Notes under the pieces: generated by a model
The model's input: only the letters and a program-made list of their open reading frames with translations
Databases searched by the model: none
Told to the model about the DNA's origin: nothing
Position numbers and translations under genes: made by a program
NCBI GenBank assembly: GCA_049322215.1
Contig: JBMORU010000001.1
Span: 836,023-900,022, forward strand
Direction: 5' to 3'
DNA from: Patescibacteria group bacterium
GTDB taxonomy: Bacteria; Patescibacteriota; WWE3; UBA101185; UBA10185
Length of the DNA stretch: 64,000 bases
Shown here: positions 48,577 through 58,763 of the stretch, one piece after another
How the letters are laid out: every line of letters starts with the position of its first letter
Numbering within the stretch: the first letter of the stretch is position 1

Positions 48577-49061
48577 ATGATCAATATCACATTAGTTCAA
48601 AGTGATACCAAAACCAATGTTGCAGGTAATTTGTTGGACAAAATTTTGGCAACAATACCTAACCCCTACGATCAATTGAGGAAACTGTTGTAAAGGGGAA
48701 AACAACGTACAAAGTCCGGTACAGTGATTGGGGTAAGTTAGTGATGGATGTAGAAGTGTGCTTTTATCCAAAAAATCGTTTGGTAGTAAAAGGTCAGTTT
48801 GCAACATCACATGAGCTTAGCGTGGATGTTTTCACCGAAACCCCTGTTGAATTCAAAAGCTCTCGCTCGTATAAGCGCAAATTTAAAGAAGCCCTCAAAG
48901 CCAAAATCGAGCAAAGCGTTAATTTTGTTTTTGCCGTATTGGAAAAGGCAGTTAACGCCCGCCCTCATGATGAAGACGAAGATGCAGATAGTGTTTTCGA
49001 TGATGATTACGATTACGGCATGGACGAACTTGACGACGACTTCGATGTTTTCGACGACTAA
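48577..49061 (+). CDS. Orphan protein with acidic tail (dispersed unit), apparent frameshift
   Basis: SD-led ATG 48577 stops at 48693; the -1 frame is open from 48663 to 49061; C4 run at 48663-48666. Confidence 0.65.
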
Positions 49062-49075
49062 AATAACATAAATTT

Positions 49076-49122
49076 GGGTATAGAGATGTGACGCACTAAC
49101 AAATGCTTATATCTCTATACTC
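49076..49122 (+). other. Long bulged hairpin without a clear T-tract
   Basis: GGGTATAGAGATGTGAcGCA-ctaacaaa-TGCTTATATCTCTATACTC. Confidence 0.7.
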
Positions 49123-50005
49123 AGCTTCTTAACTGCCGTACTCTACCTAAAAAAGAAATTCCTAAAATAACAATATTTGTAACAATCGCATTGTATTTAC
49201 CTTTATAATGTTTGTCGTAAAAAAGCTTCATAGCATGTGTAGTACTCACTCGCATTTTTTTACGAACCTCAGCAGGAGCCTTAGTTATATCTTTTGTTTC
49301 TCTTCTAACACCAACACTGACACCTTTATAATGTGTAGCCTGCCACTGTGGCAAATACATTATTTTCCAACCTGCTTGTTTTATTCTGTAGCAGTAATCT
49401 ACATCTTCACCGTAAACAAAGTAGTCTTCATCCCATAAACCTATTTTTTCTATTACTGACCGTTTTATAAGCATAAAATGAGAAATACATAAATCAATTT
49501 CATGCGGTTTATTTAAGTCCTCCCACCCAATGAAATACTGGTTAAACAGGCGGGATTTTGGAAAAACCTTATTTAGGCTAGAAAAGTGTGTAATAGCAGC
49601 CCAAGGAGTAGGAAAGCCACGATGTGCATCCATGTCGTAATTGCCATCTCTTGTAACAAGCTTTGGTGTAGCCGCACCTACTTGAGAATATTGCTTAAAA
49701 TATTCCACCATACCACTAATGGTATCTTTTTCAGGAAAAGCATCTGTACCTAAGTACAGTATAAAACGCTTAGTTGCGAGCTTATATCCTTGATTGCTTG
49801 CTTTAGCTAAACCAGCATTTTCTTTATTTTCTATAAGCTTTACCTGAGGAAAATTGCTTCGCACCATTAAAACTGAGTCGTCAGGGGAATTATTATCAAC
49901 AACTATAATTTCAAAGTCAGAGTAAATTGTATATAGGTTGTTTAAACATTCTTTAAGAATTTCGGATGTATTATAATTTACAATAATAATAGAAACATCA
50001 TTCAT
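49121..50005 (-). CDS. GT2 glycosyltransferase (WbbL-like)
   Basis: SIIIVNYN, VDNNS.D, YGEDVDYC; start moved to ATG 50005, 6 nt after TATAAT. Confidence 0.92.
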   Translation of the reverse strand: MNDVSIIIVNYNTSEILKECLNNLYTIYSDFEIIVVDNNSPDDSVLMVRSNFPQVKLIENKENAGLAKASNQGYKLATKRFILYLGTDAFPEKDTISGMVEYFKQYSQVGAATPKLVTRDGNYDMDAHRGFPTPWAAITHFSSLNKVFPKSRLFNQYFIGWEDLNKPHEIDLCISHFMLIKRSVIEKIGLWDEDYFVYGEDVDYCYRIKQAGWKIMYLPQWQATHYKGVSVGVRRETKDITKAPAEVRKKMRVSTTHAMKLFYDKHYKGKYNAIVTNIVILGISFLGRVRQLRS

Positions 50006-50086
50006 GCTTACATTATACCTTTTTGATGAAAACAAAGTATTAGTGTAAGATAACTCGGTTAAACAACTCAAGTAAAGGAGCGAGAC

Positions 50087-50329
50087 ATGACTTTAACGGC
50101 AAAACTAGTAGTAGGGCAGGAATATACATCTGAAATGAGAAAGTGGCGCAATAAGTTTCCCTATGGATTTGCCAAAAATCCGGTAGACCCGAATGGTCCA
50201 GATGTCATGATTCACCATGAGCAGGTGAAGAACGTACCCGGATATGTGCGAATACCACGAGGTAGAGTACGCTTTACACTTCGACAGCGAAAAGACGGCT
50301 ACTACGGGGAAAACGTGTACAAACTGTGA
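50087..50329 (+). CDS. Orphan cold-shock-domain-like protein (dispersed unit)
   Basis: RKWRNKFPYGFA...DVMIH...RVRFTL...GYYGENV; TTGATG-N17-TAAGAT; AAGGAG SD. Confidence 0.75.
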   Translation: MTLTAKLVVGQEYTSEMRKWRNKFPYGFAKNPVDPNGPDVMIHHEQVKNVPGYVRIPRGRVRFTLRQRKDGYYGENVYKL

Positions 50330-50345
50330 TTTACGCAATAGTTTT

Positions 50346-50391
50346 GGGATGTACGTATAAATTACCCATATTTATACTGCATCCCTATTTT
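50346..50391 (+). terminator. Long bulged hairpin
   Basis: GGGATGTAcGTATAAAT-tacccat-ATTTATACTGCATCCC-TATTTT. Confidence 0.75.
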
Positions 50392-51962
50392 ATTATTAAA
50401 GACGGATCATCTATTTTATACAACACACTTGGTCTTTGATACACATATAAAATTGGCTTTTCAAAATAGTTTAAAGGAAATTTGATACGAACAGAATCAT
50501 ACAGTATTACGTTTGAATAGGTTTTTCTCATATCTACAGGCTTATCTAGTGAAACAATAAAAGTGGGATCTTTAATGCCAAACTTTGTATCCCAAGCACT
50601 ATTAACTGAAACACTTTGCAAAGGAACACCTTTTTTTGTTACTATTTCGGCAGCCAATGCCCAAGAAGCATTGTTTAACCTCACATAGTCCATAGTAAAC
50701 TGATACCCGATAAATGTTAAAAATACTAAATAAGCTATAGAAATAAACTTAAAACTCCAGTTATAGTCTTTATAGGTTTGAACAAACAGTATTATGAGTG
50801 CAGGTATTAAAGGTAATAAATACCTATCGTATACTTTTGGCAACAATACTAATGTAGAAATATAAACAACTATAAAAATTACAAAAAAGTTAATTATTTC
50901 TTCTTGTTTAAACTTTCTTACTAAGTGAGTAATTAAAACACCCGCCCCTAATAACCCAAAATGTCCCCAAAAGCTAAATAAATACAAAATTAAGGAACTG
51001 CTATACTTTCCACCTTGTATTGAAGTTGGAATAAATCCTGTTGAAGTAAAAACATCGTTAAAGTGAGGAAAGGTACTTGAGTAGCTTGTGGAATATATGA
51101 AAAAGCGATCAAACACAAAATAAACAAGAAATATTACAACTACTGTTTGCAAAAGTCTTTTAATAGATTTCTCCTGAACTATGGCATAAAATTCTCTCAA
51201 AACTAAAGGAAAAAGAAAGGCTCCCAGCAGAATAAAAATGGCTACAATCGTGTTTAGAGTAGCCCCCACATTAGTTAAATTATCTAGTAAAACACTTTTT
51301 CTTGAATACATTTCAATTGTTTGAGGAAACTTCAAGTAATAAACCAAAACTGTAACTATAAATAAAACAGCTTCTACAAGAGCATAATAGTATTTCTTTT
51401 TGAAAATATAGTAAATTGCTAAGGCCAGGGCAGAAACTAAAATAATTTGACGTACAAAAAAACCTATTACCAAAGATATATTTAAAAATATGAAGTCAGA
51501 AATTTGATCGTAAAGCTCAAGTGAGTGAAAAAAGTAAAACATCATTAAAAGCGCAAGCATCATATAAATTTCTGTCATAAAACTAAAAGTTGAATAAACA
51601 TGCAAGGGGTTTAAAAACATTAAAAAAGCAAATATTCCAATTGTTACTACATCAATATAATAGTTATCGAATAAAATGCGAGCAAACACATAAAAGCCAG
51701 TTACTGAAGCTAATAAAGTAAGAACCGGCAAATTAGACAAAGGGGCAACTGTAGCATAAGCAACTCCCAGTAATCCCTGACTATAAAACGTAGAGGGTGA
51801 TAAAACATGTAATCGATAATCACCAAAAATTAAATTTTCAACCATTGTGTAATAAACCCAGTCATCGCTTTGCATAAAGTTTATTGATAAAACCAACGGA
51901 AAAAGCAGTAAAAAAAGCAAAAATGCTAAATATAAAAACCAATCAAACCACCAACTTCGCAT
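50385..51962 (-). CDS. GT-C (ArnT/PMT-like) membrane glycosyltransferase
   Basis: SDDWVY first loop, FMTE, RQ, DRYLLP, many TMs. Confidence 0.8.
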   Translation of the reverse strand: MRSWWFDWFLYLAFLLFLLLFPLVLSINFMQSDDWVYYTMVENLIFGDYRLHVLSPSTFYSQGLLGVAYATVAPLSNLPVLTLLASVTGFYVFARILFDNYYIDVVTIGIFAFLMFLNPLHVYSTFSFMTEIYMMLALLMMFYFFHSLELYDQISDFIFLNISLVIGFFVRQIILVSALALAIYYIFKKKYYYALVEAVLFIVTVLVYYLKFPQTIEMYSRKSVLLDNLTNVGATLNTIVAIFILLGAFLFPLVLREFYAIVQEKSIKRLLQTVVVIFLVYFVFDRFFIYSTSYSSTFPHFNDVFTSTGFIPTSIQGGKYSSSLILYLFSFWGHFGLLGAGVLITHLVRKFKQEEIINFFVIFIVVYISTLVLLPKVYDRYLLPLIPALIILFVQTYKDYNWSFKFISIAYLVFLTFIGYQFTMDYVRLNNASWALAAEIVTKKGVPLQSVSVNSAWDTKFGIKDPTFIVSLDKPVDMRKTYSNVILYDSVRIKFPLNYFEKPILYVYQRPSVLYKIDDPSLIIK

Positions 51963-52006
51963 ACGAATAATATACAGTAAATAACCCCTTTGCTAAACTT
52001 ACTTCA

Positions 52007-53314
52007 ATGAAGAAACTGGCATTAAGGCAAATAAAAACACCAGCATTAATTTTTTTACTCACGCTAACCGTATATCTTTCAAATATAATTTATGATTTCA
52101 ATAAAAATTTAGAACTAAATGACTTTAGAAGAATGATGGTGTCGGCCGATATAGTTTCAAATACGTTTTTGCCTTGGGTGCTGCTGGATCAACACACAAT
52201 AAAGTTTGATAAAGTCAAAAGCAATTTAATTCAGTTTGATGCAAATAATGATCCACCTTACTTTTTAATAGACACAGGCACTAACTACTATTCTTCATAC
52301 CCAATACTTACAGGAATAATGGCATTGCCTTTTTATGTTTTACCTTACTATTTAGGAAAAATACCTAACATTGATAATAATCTTAATTTACTGAAAATAT
52401 TTTTTATTGGCAGAGTTGCTGCCTCTTTTTACACTACACTTGCGGTACTCATCTATTACTACATATTGAAAGAGATCTCTAAAAACGAACTTTTAATCAT
52501 TACATTCACTTTTTTTTATGCATTTGGAACAATTTCCTGGAGTGTAGCCAGTAGAGGGCTATGGCAGCACACTATTTCGCAAGTGTTTATAGCTGCAGTG
52601 ATATTGCTATTACTAAAAGCTAAACAAAATTCAAAATTAATAGGCCTAATAGGATTTTTTGTAGGTTTAACTGTTTTAGTACGACCTACAAACTTTTTGG
52701 TGGCAATTTTTGTTTCTGTGTATGTGCTTACCAAATATAAAGAACAGCGTTTGCGCTACATTTTCTGGGGAATGCCCGCACTTATATTTTTACTTGGTTA
52801 CAATTACTATGTATTTGGCTCAGTTTTTTCAGAAGGCTATGGGGCGCGTAATGATTTTAATTGGTCAACACCATTGAGTGAAAGCTTAACAGGATTTGCT
52901 ATAAGCCCCGCACGAAGTTTTTTGTTTATTTCGCCGCCTTTAGTTTTAGCATTTATTAGTATTTTCAAAATATTTATTAATAAAAACTTTTTTAAAGAAT
53001 GGAACTTACTTGTAAGATATATAAGTTTAGTTTTTATAAGTTCACTTGTTTTATTTGCAAAATGGTACACCTGGGACGGCGCCAACGCATTTGGACATAG
53101 AATGCTTTTAGACTACTTACCAATTTTAGGGTTACTAGCTTTCATTGCGTTTGAAAAATTAAAAAGTCAAGGAAAGATATTAATTTTACTGCTAATTTTA
53201 TATTCAGTGTTGATTAATGCAAATGCAGTGTTTAATAGAAAAAGCAGATGCGATAGAGAACATAATTGGAGTTTTTACTGTTTATCCCCACCGGATAGAC
53301 CAAGCAATTATTAA
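52007..53314 (+). CDS. GT-C-like membrane glycosyltransferase
   Basis: LWQH, RPTN, SPARSFLFISP, FGHRML. Confidence 0.7.
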   Translation: MKKLALRQIKTPALIFLLTLTVYLSNIIYDFNKNLELNDFRRMMVSADIVSNTFLPWVLLDQHTIKFDKVKSNLIQFDANNDPPYFLIDTGTNYYSSYPILTGIMALPFYVLPYYLGKIPNIDNNLNLLKIFFIGRVAASFYTTLAVLIYYYILKEISKNELLIITFTFFYAFGTISWSVASRGLWQHTISQVFIAAVILLLLKAKQNSKLIGLIGFFVGLTVLVRPTNFLVAIFVSVYVLTKYKEQRLRYIFWGMPALIFLLGYNYYVFGSVFSEGYGARNDFNWSTPLSESLTGFAISPARSFLFISPPLVLAFISIFKIFINKNFFKEWNLLVRYISLVFISSLVLFAKWYTWDGANAFGHRMLLDYLPILGLLAFIAFEKLKSQGKILILLLILYSVLINANAVFNRKSRCDREHNWSFYCLSPPDRPSNY

Positions 53315-53316
53315 TA

Positions 53317-54819
53317 ATGAAATATTTCAAGTTTTACAACATTCTTACAATAATTATATTTTCTATCATTTTGCTAGTAGGTATTGCTACATATAAAAAC
53401 TACGGAGTTTCATGGGACGAACCTATTCAAAGAGAGTATGGGCAAGCGGTTTATAACTATGTTACTGGAGAAAACAAAGCGTTACAAAAAAATAAAGAAA
53501 AGTATTACGGTCCATTGTTTGAAACATCGTTAATATTTGTTGAAAAAACCTTCAACATTGCTGACATACAGGATGTTTATTTTTCAAGGCACTTACTTAA
53601 CTTTTTATTGTTTTATTTGGGCTTAGTTACCTTTTATAGCTTTTTAAAAATAAGATTTAGTAATTATGCCGCTATATTTGGCGTACTAGTTTTAGCAATA
53701 CATCCTAGAATTTGGGCACACTCGTTTTACAACTCAAAAGATATTCCACTACTTGTTTTTTTCATAATTTCTTTTGCAACAATGCAGCAGTTATTAAACA
53801 AAAAAAATAATAGGTGGCTAATACTTCATGGAATTGCTTCCTCTGCAGTAATTTCTATAAGAATAGTAGGTGTAATGATTCCGATAATTACTTTAATAGT
53901 GCTAGCCTTGCAGTATGCCTTAGAAGAAAAAGACACTTCATTAAAAATGATAATCAACAAACTAGGGTTTTATGCTTTTATAACGGCTATAGTAACCGTA
54001 ATATTTTGGCCTACCCTTTGGCATAATCCAATAAAAGAATTTTTAAATGCCTTTGAAGCAATGAAGCAATACGATCAGTCTACACATATGCTTTACTATG
54101 GAGAAAAAATTAGCAGCACAAAAGTACCGTGGCACTACACACTGGGTTGGCTATATGTAACCACACCAATTGTATATTTGCTTTTTGCACTTTTAGGATT
54201 TTGTAAAATTATTTATGAATGGATTATAAATAAAAAAATAAACATAATTGATTTATCTATACTCTTATGGTTTTTTGTGCCTTTGGTAAGTGTAATTTAT
54301 TTTAAGTCTGTTTTATACGATTCCTGGAGGCAAATGTTTTTCATTTACCCTGCTTTTATATACTTTGTAATTAGATTAATTTTTACTAATGGAAAAAAAA
54401 TTAAATACTTTTTAGCAGTAATACTTGTAACCCAAATTATTTATACCGTAATACAAATGTCAAAACTGCATCCTCATGAAAATGTGTACTTTAGTGAAAC
54501 AGTGCATAACAAACAAAACCTTAGTACTAGGTTTGAACTTGACTACTGGGGGCTTTCGTATAAACAAGCCTTTGAATATTTAATAGAGCATGAAAATAAA
54601 GAAATACATATTTATGTAGAAAATAAACCAGGCTTAAATAATGTAGAAATAATGCCTAAAGAATATAGAGATAAAATTAAAATTGAAAAACAATATGAAA
54701 ACGCTGAGTACTACTTAACTAATTATAGAAAAAAAGAAGACATAAGTATGTTAGAAGAAATATACACAATTAGAGTTTATGAAAATAACATAGTTGGAAT
54801 TTACAAAATCGACCAATGA
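53317..54819 (+). CDS. GT-C (PMT_2-like) membrane glycosyltransferase
   Basis: YGVSWDE, NSKDIP, PWHY, LYDSWRQ, DYWGLS. Confidence 0.8.
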   Translation: MKYFKFYNILTIIIFSIILLVGIATYKNYGVSWDEPIQREYGQAVYNYVTGENKALQKNKEKYYGPLFETSLIFVEKTFNIADIQDVYFSRHLLNFLLFYLGLVTFYSFLKIRFSNYAAIFGVLVLAIHPRIWAHSFYNSKDIPLLVFFIISFATMQQLLNKKNNRWLILHGIASSAVISIRIVGVMIPIITLIVLALQYALEEKDTSLKMIINKLGFYAFITAIVTVIFWPTLWHNPIKEFLNAFEAMKQYDQSTHMLYYGEKISSTKVPWHYTLGWLYVTTPIVYLLFALLGFCKIIYEWIINKKINIIDLSILLWFFVPLVSVIYFKSVLYDSWRQMFFIYPAFIYFVIRLIFTNGKKIKYFLAVILVTQIIYTVIQMSKLHPHENVYFSETVHNKQNLSTRFELDYWGLSYKQAFEYLIEHENKEIHIYVENKPGLNNVEIMPKEYRDKIKIEKQYENAEYYLTNYRKKEDISMLEEIYTIRVYENNIVGIYKIDQ

Positions 54820-54855
54820 TATAATAAAAGCACTATATAAAATTTGGAGATAACT

Positions 54856-55470
54856 ATGCCTTTTGAATTACCTGAACTTCCATATAGTTACGATGCATTA
54901 GAACCAAAAATTGATGCAAAAACTATGGAAATACATTACACAAAACATCATCAAGGGTATGTAAACAATCTTAATGAGGCCCTACAAGGCTATAATGAAT
55001 TACAAGAAAAAACGCTAGACGAATTATTACAAAATTTAGATAGTCTACCAGAAGCAATTAGCACAGCAGTAAGAAATAATGGTGGGGGACACTATAACCA
55101 CAGTTTATTTTGGGAAACAATGACGCCTAGAGAAGGTACAGATATACCCGAAAAATTACAAACTGCCCTTGAAGTCAAATTTGAAAGTATGGATAAATTA
55201 AAAGATTTATTTAAGCTAACAGCGCTAGGACGGTTTGGAAGCGGATGGACATGGCTTACACTATCAAATGGTGAACTAACAGTGTATTCAACACCTAATC
55301 AAGATAATCCTATTATGCAAGGGGACATACCATTACTTGGTTTAGATGTTTGGGAGCACGCCTACTACTTGAACTATCAAAACAAGCGCGGTGACTATAT
55401 TGATGCCTGGTGGTCTCTAGTTGATTGGGAAAAAGTAGAAGAAAAGTATAGTGCTGCCTTAAACAGTTAA
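54856..55470 (+). CDS. sod: Fe/Mn superoxide dismutase
   Basis: LPELPYSYDALEP...HYTKHH, NNGGGHYNH, DVWEHAYY; start moved to ATG after GGAG. Confidence 0.97.
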   Translation: MPFELPELPYSYDALEPKIDAKTMEIHYTKHHQGYVNNLNEALQGYNELQEKTLDELLQNLDSLPEAISTAVRNNGGGHYNHSLFWETMTPREGTDIPEKLQTALEVKFESMDKLKDLFKLTALGRFGSGWTWLTLSNGELTVYSTPNQDNPIMQGDIPLLGLDVWEHAYYLNYQNKRGDYIDAWWSLVDWEKVEEKYSAALNS

Positions 55471-55472
55471 CC

Positions 55473-56024
55473 ATGTACGAAATAACAATTCTTGGAAAAA
55501 CAATAAACGCAGAAATTTTAGCTGATAGTGTAACTGCCTCCTTTGTTATTGTGGCTATAGCTCTTGTAGCTAAACTAGCCTCAAATCAACTAGTAGTATA
55601 CGTACTAAAAACACTGGAAGATAACGACACCAATACAGTAAATAACTTGGAGCAAAGAGCATATACTCTTGCGAGTATAGTAAAGAGCTTTTTTAGTGTA
55701 GCTATTTTTGGTATTGCTTTTGTAATGCTACTGTCGGAGTGGGGAATAAACATTGCACCAATTCTTACAGGGGCCGGAATTGTAGGTTTAGCCGTAGGTT
55801 TCGGGGCACAAACTTTAGTTAAAGACATAGTCACAGGGTTTTTCATTTTGCTTGAAAATCAATTTAATGTGGGCCAAAGAGTATCTATAGCAGGCAAAGA
55901 GGGCATAGTTAAAGAAATGAAATTAAGAGCAACTGTGATTAGGGATGAGGAAAACAAAACTACTTATTTTGTTCCCAACTCTCAAATTTCTACCGTTACA
56001 AGATACGATAAAACAAATGACTAG
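55473..56024 (+). CDS. mscS: Small-conductance mechanosensitive channel
   Basis: GAGIVGLAVGFGAQTLVKD..TGFFIL.E.QF.VG...VPNS. Confidence 0.9.
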   Translation: MYEITILGKTINAEILADSVTASFVIVAIALVAKLASNQLVVYVLKTLEDNDTNTVNNLEQRAYTLASIVKSFFSVAIFGIAFVMLLSEWGINIAPILTGAGIVGLAVGFGAQTLVKDIVTGFFILLENQFNVGQRVSIAGKEGIVKEMKLRATVIRDEENKTTYFVPNSQISTVTRYDKTND

Positions 56025-56057
56025 TAATTTATAAATTTACTCTGGTATAATTTTAGT

Positions 56058-57020
56058 GTGAAAGACCTCGAGTGGATTAAAAATAATAAGCTTACCGCAG
56101 TTTTAATTGTAGTAGTAGCCTACTTCCTTATTGGTGGTAAAACATCAACATTCAAAAACGCACAATATGGAACCGGAATGTATAATTTAGGTTCTAACAA
56201 AGCCGGGATAACAAGCTTTATGGGAGCTGATAGCGCACTCATGGAATATGACATGCCTGCAACGCAAGAATCACGATCTGTACCAGGAATGCTACCTCCT
56301 ATAATTCCTGAACCAACACCTACTCCAGATGTTTCAGATAGAAAAGTAGTTAGAAACGCATCAGTTTCATTACTTGTTAAAGATGTAAATGAAAGCAAAG
56401 ATCAAATTGTGGCAGAGTCTGAAAAAATTGGTGGATACATGGTGTCTACTCAAGTGCATACCCCTTTTGAGGGAGGTAACGGATTTATACAAGTAAGAAT
56501 TCCTGCCGAGTCATTAGATTCCTTTTTAGAAAAACTAAGTTCATATTCTATTAGAGTGGTATCAGAAAACATAATAGGTAGTGACGTTACAGATCAATAC
56601 GTAGATACAGAAGAAAGATTAAGAATTTTAGAAAGAAATAAAACCAGATATGAAGAAATAATGGAAGCTGCAGAAGACGTAGATGAAATTTTGAGAGTGC
56701 AAAATCAAATTTTCGGCCTACAATCACAAATTGATTCACTAAATGGACAGCTTAAAAAGCTAGACGCTACATCACAAACATCACTAGTTTCAATTGATTT
56801 ATCTACAGACGAACTAGCACTATCTTATTTACCAGGATCTCCATGGAACCCAGAGGTAACAGCAAAACTTGCTGTTAGATCATTGGTTTCTACTATGCGT
56901 GGACTAGGGGATACCTTAATTTGGGCAGGCATCTACTCAATACTATGGGTTCCTGCTATAATAATATTCATAATAGTCAGAAAACGTTGGACAAATAAGA
57001 AATCATCCAAAAGCAAGTAA
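56058..57020 (+). CDS. DUF4349 domain protein
   Basis: RKVVRNASV...GGY...RIPA...DVTDQYVD, C-terminal TM. Confidence 0.88.
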   Translation: MKDLEWIKNNKLTAVLIVVVAYFLIGGKTSTFKNAQYGTGMYNLGSNKAGITSFMGADSALMEYDMPATQESRSVPGMLPPIIPEPTPTPDVSDRKVVRNASVSLLVKDVNESKDQIVAESEKIGGYMVSTQVHTPFEGGNGFIQVRIPAESLDSFLEKLSSYSIRVVSENIIGSDVTDQYVDTEERLRILERNKTRYEEIMEAAEDVDEILRVQNQIFGLQSQIDSLNGQLKKLDATSQTSLVSIDLSTDELALSYLPGSPWNPEVTAKLAVRSLVSTMRGLGDTLIWAGIYSILWVPAIIIFIIVRKRWTNKKSSKSK

Positions 57021-57039
57021 AAAATATAAGGAGAGCAAA

Positions 57040-57234
57040 ATGGCTAACAAACAAACTACGATTGTAGGAAAAGTTAACAGACCCATTGTTGATTTACGAG
57101 TGTCTAAGAAAACAGCTGTACCCGCACAACGAATTGCAAATAGCAAACTACGCAAAGGAACAGTTGAAGACGACTACGGCCAAGATTGTTGTGCCCGATC
57201 GCGGCAAGGGTACCCCTGTACCTGCAACAAATGA
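57040..57234 (+). CDS. Orphan basic protein with C-terminal Cys cluster (dispersed unit)
   Basis: TAAGGAG SD; DCCARSRQGYPCTC; long 3' hairpin 57245-57294. Confidence 0.7.
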   Translation: MANKQTTIVGKVNRPIVDLRVSKKTAVPAQRIANSKLRKGTVEDDYGQDCCARSRQGYPCTCNK

Positions 57235-57263
57235 AGGTCACAATAGAGGAACTTACTGCAACT

Positions 57264-58757
57264 TTACTCAGTAACGTTTGTGGTAACTTCCTCTTTTTTT
57301 TGCTTGTAAATAGTAGCTAAAGGGTTTCCACTGTTATCTACAAACTGCTGTTCTAAAACATAGCTATTTAACACTTCCGTTGGGATTAGTCTAAATTCTT
57401 GATTAAAAGAAACCTGTACAATGTGTGCGGGCATTTGTGATGGATTTAAAGGATAGTATGGTGGACCATATATGTAGTACTCTCCAATTGTTTGATTATC
57501 GTCAGTATAAAAACTTCGGGGCAGTCCGTTTTCTTCAAAATAAGCAGAAACTTTATCCCAACTTCTGTAATATGGAAATCCGTACAAAAACAAGTGATAA
57601 TCATTTTTCTTAATTCTATCTACTTTGTAACCTAACACATGTGTACTTTTCCATGGGTAACCTGTATTGAGTAGAGGCAAGTAAACATTATAAGAAACAC
57701 CAAAAATTAAAACAAAAATCGTTATTGTAAATGCAACAAACCCCCATTTTAAATAACCAAAGGCAACTTCAATAACAGTAACCATGCCTACAGATGCCAA
57801 AATAAACAAAGGTGGGAAGTAGTTTAATATATGCGTCCCGGGATTAGAAAAAACTAGCTCAAAAAGTATAAATGGCAAAAGAAACCAAAGAAAAACAGTT
57901 TTTAAGCGCCAATCAAATTTATGAACAAAGGCTATTACTGAAAAACTTAAAGGAACTAAACTAAAGTACAAAGGATTATAAACTAAATACGTATATAAAC
58001 TGCTGTTGGTTGCGTAATCTTTTCCAGAAACCCGCCTTAACAAATAGTTGCTTGTATAGTCTGAAAAATATCCCTTTAATAAGTACGGAATGTAAAAGCT
58101 TGAAACAATAGCTAAAAATACTGGTACATAAAGTAAAACAACTTCTTTAAGTTTATTTGGATTTTTTAATAAATAAAAAAGAAGAATTAACCCAACAACA
58201 AAATCATAAAATAGGGCATCATAATGCGCTAAGTATGAAAAAGCTAAGAACACAGCAGAAAGAAATAACCAAAACCTGCTGTACTTGTAATTTTTAATAT
58301 ACATCAATACAAATAATATAGATAAAAAGCCAAAAAGAAGTAAAAAACTCTGATACTGTGCTGTTCTGCTAAAAGCAATAAAAAACCCATTAAAGCTAAA
58401 CAAAAATGCAGATATAGAAGCGACTTTAAAATTAAATAAAGTTTTAACCAAAAAGTAAAAAACAATAACCGCTAAAAATCCCGCAAGTGCATAAGGCAAG
58501 CGTATATATGCCTCATCAAAGTTTCCAAATATATTTTCTGCACCCCATGAAACTAAAAACTGAATTGGGCCCTTGCGTTGATTAAGCAAAAAGTCTTTTA
58601 AAGAAATATCTTTACGCAAAAATAGTGTTTTAGTTTCATCACCATAAAAATGTGAGTACCCTAATTGAGGAAAGCGCAAAAACGCACTAGTTATAATTAA
58701 TATTAGAAATGAGTTTATTTCTACAAAATTACGTTTGAAAAAACTTAGTTTAAACAC
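57264..58757 (-). CDS. GT-C (ArnT/GT39-like) glycosyltransferase
   Basis: FYGDE, KGP, RLPYALAG, SRTAQY. Confidence 0.82.
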   Translation of the reverse strand: MFKLSFFKRNFVEINSFLILIITSAFLRFPQLGYSHFYGDETKTLFLRKDISLKDFLLNQRKGPIQFLVSWGAENIFGNFDEAYIRLPYALAGFLAVIVFYFLVKTLFNFKVASISAFLFSFNGFFIAFSRTAQYQSFLLLFGFLSILFVLMYIKNYKYSRFWLFLSAVFLAFSYLAHYDALFYDFVVGLILLFYLLKNPNKLKEVVLLYVPVFLAIVSSFYIPYLLKGYFSDYTSNYLLRRVSGKDYATNSSLYTYLVYNPLYFSLVPLSFSVIAFVHKFDWRLKTVFLWFLLPFILFELVFSNPGTHILNYFPPLFILASVGMVTVIEVAFGYLKWGFVAFTITIFVLIFGVSYNVYLPLLNTGYPWKSTHVLGYKVDRIKKNDYHLFLYGFPYYRSWDKVSAYFEENGLPRSFYTDDNQTIGEYYIYGPPYYPLNPSQMPAHIVQVSFNQEFRLIPTEVLNSYVLEQQFVDNSGNPLATIYKQKKEEVTTNVTE

Positions 58758-58763
58758 AATATC

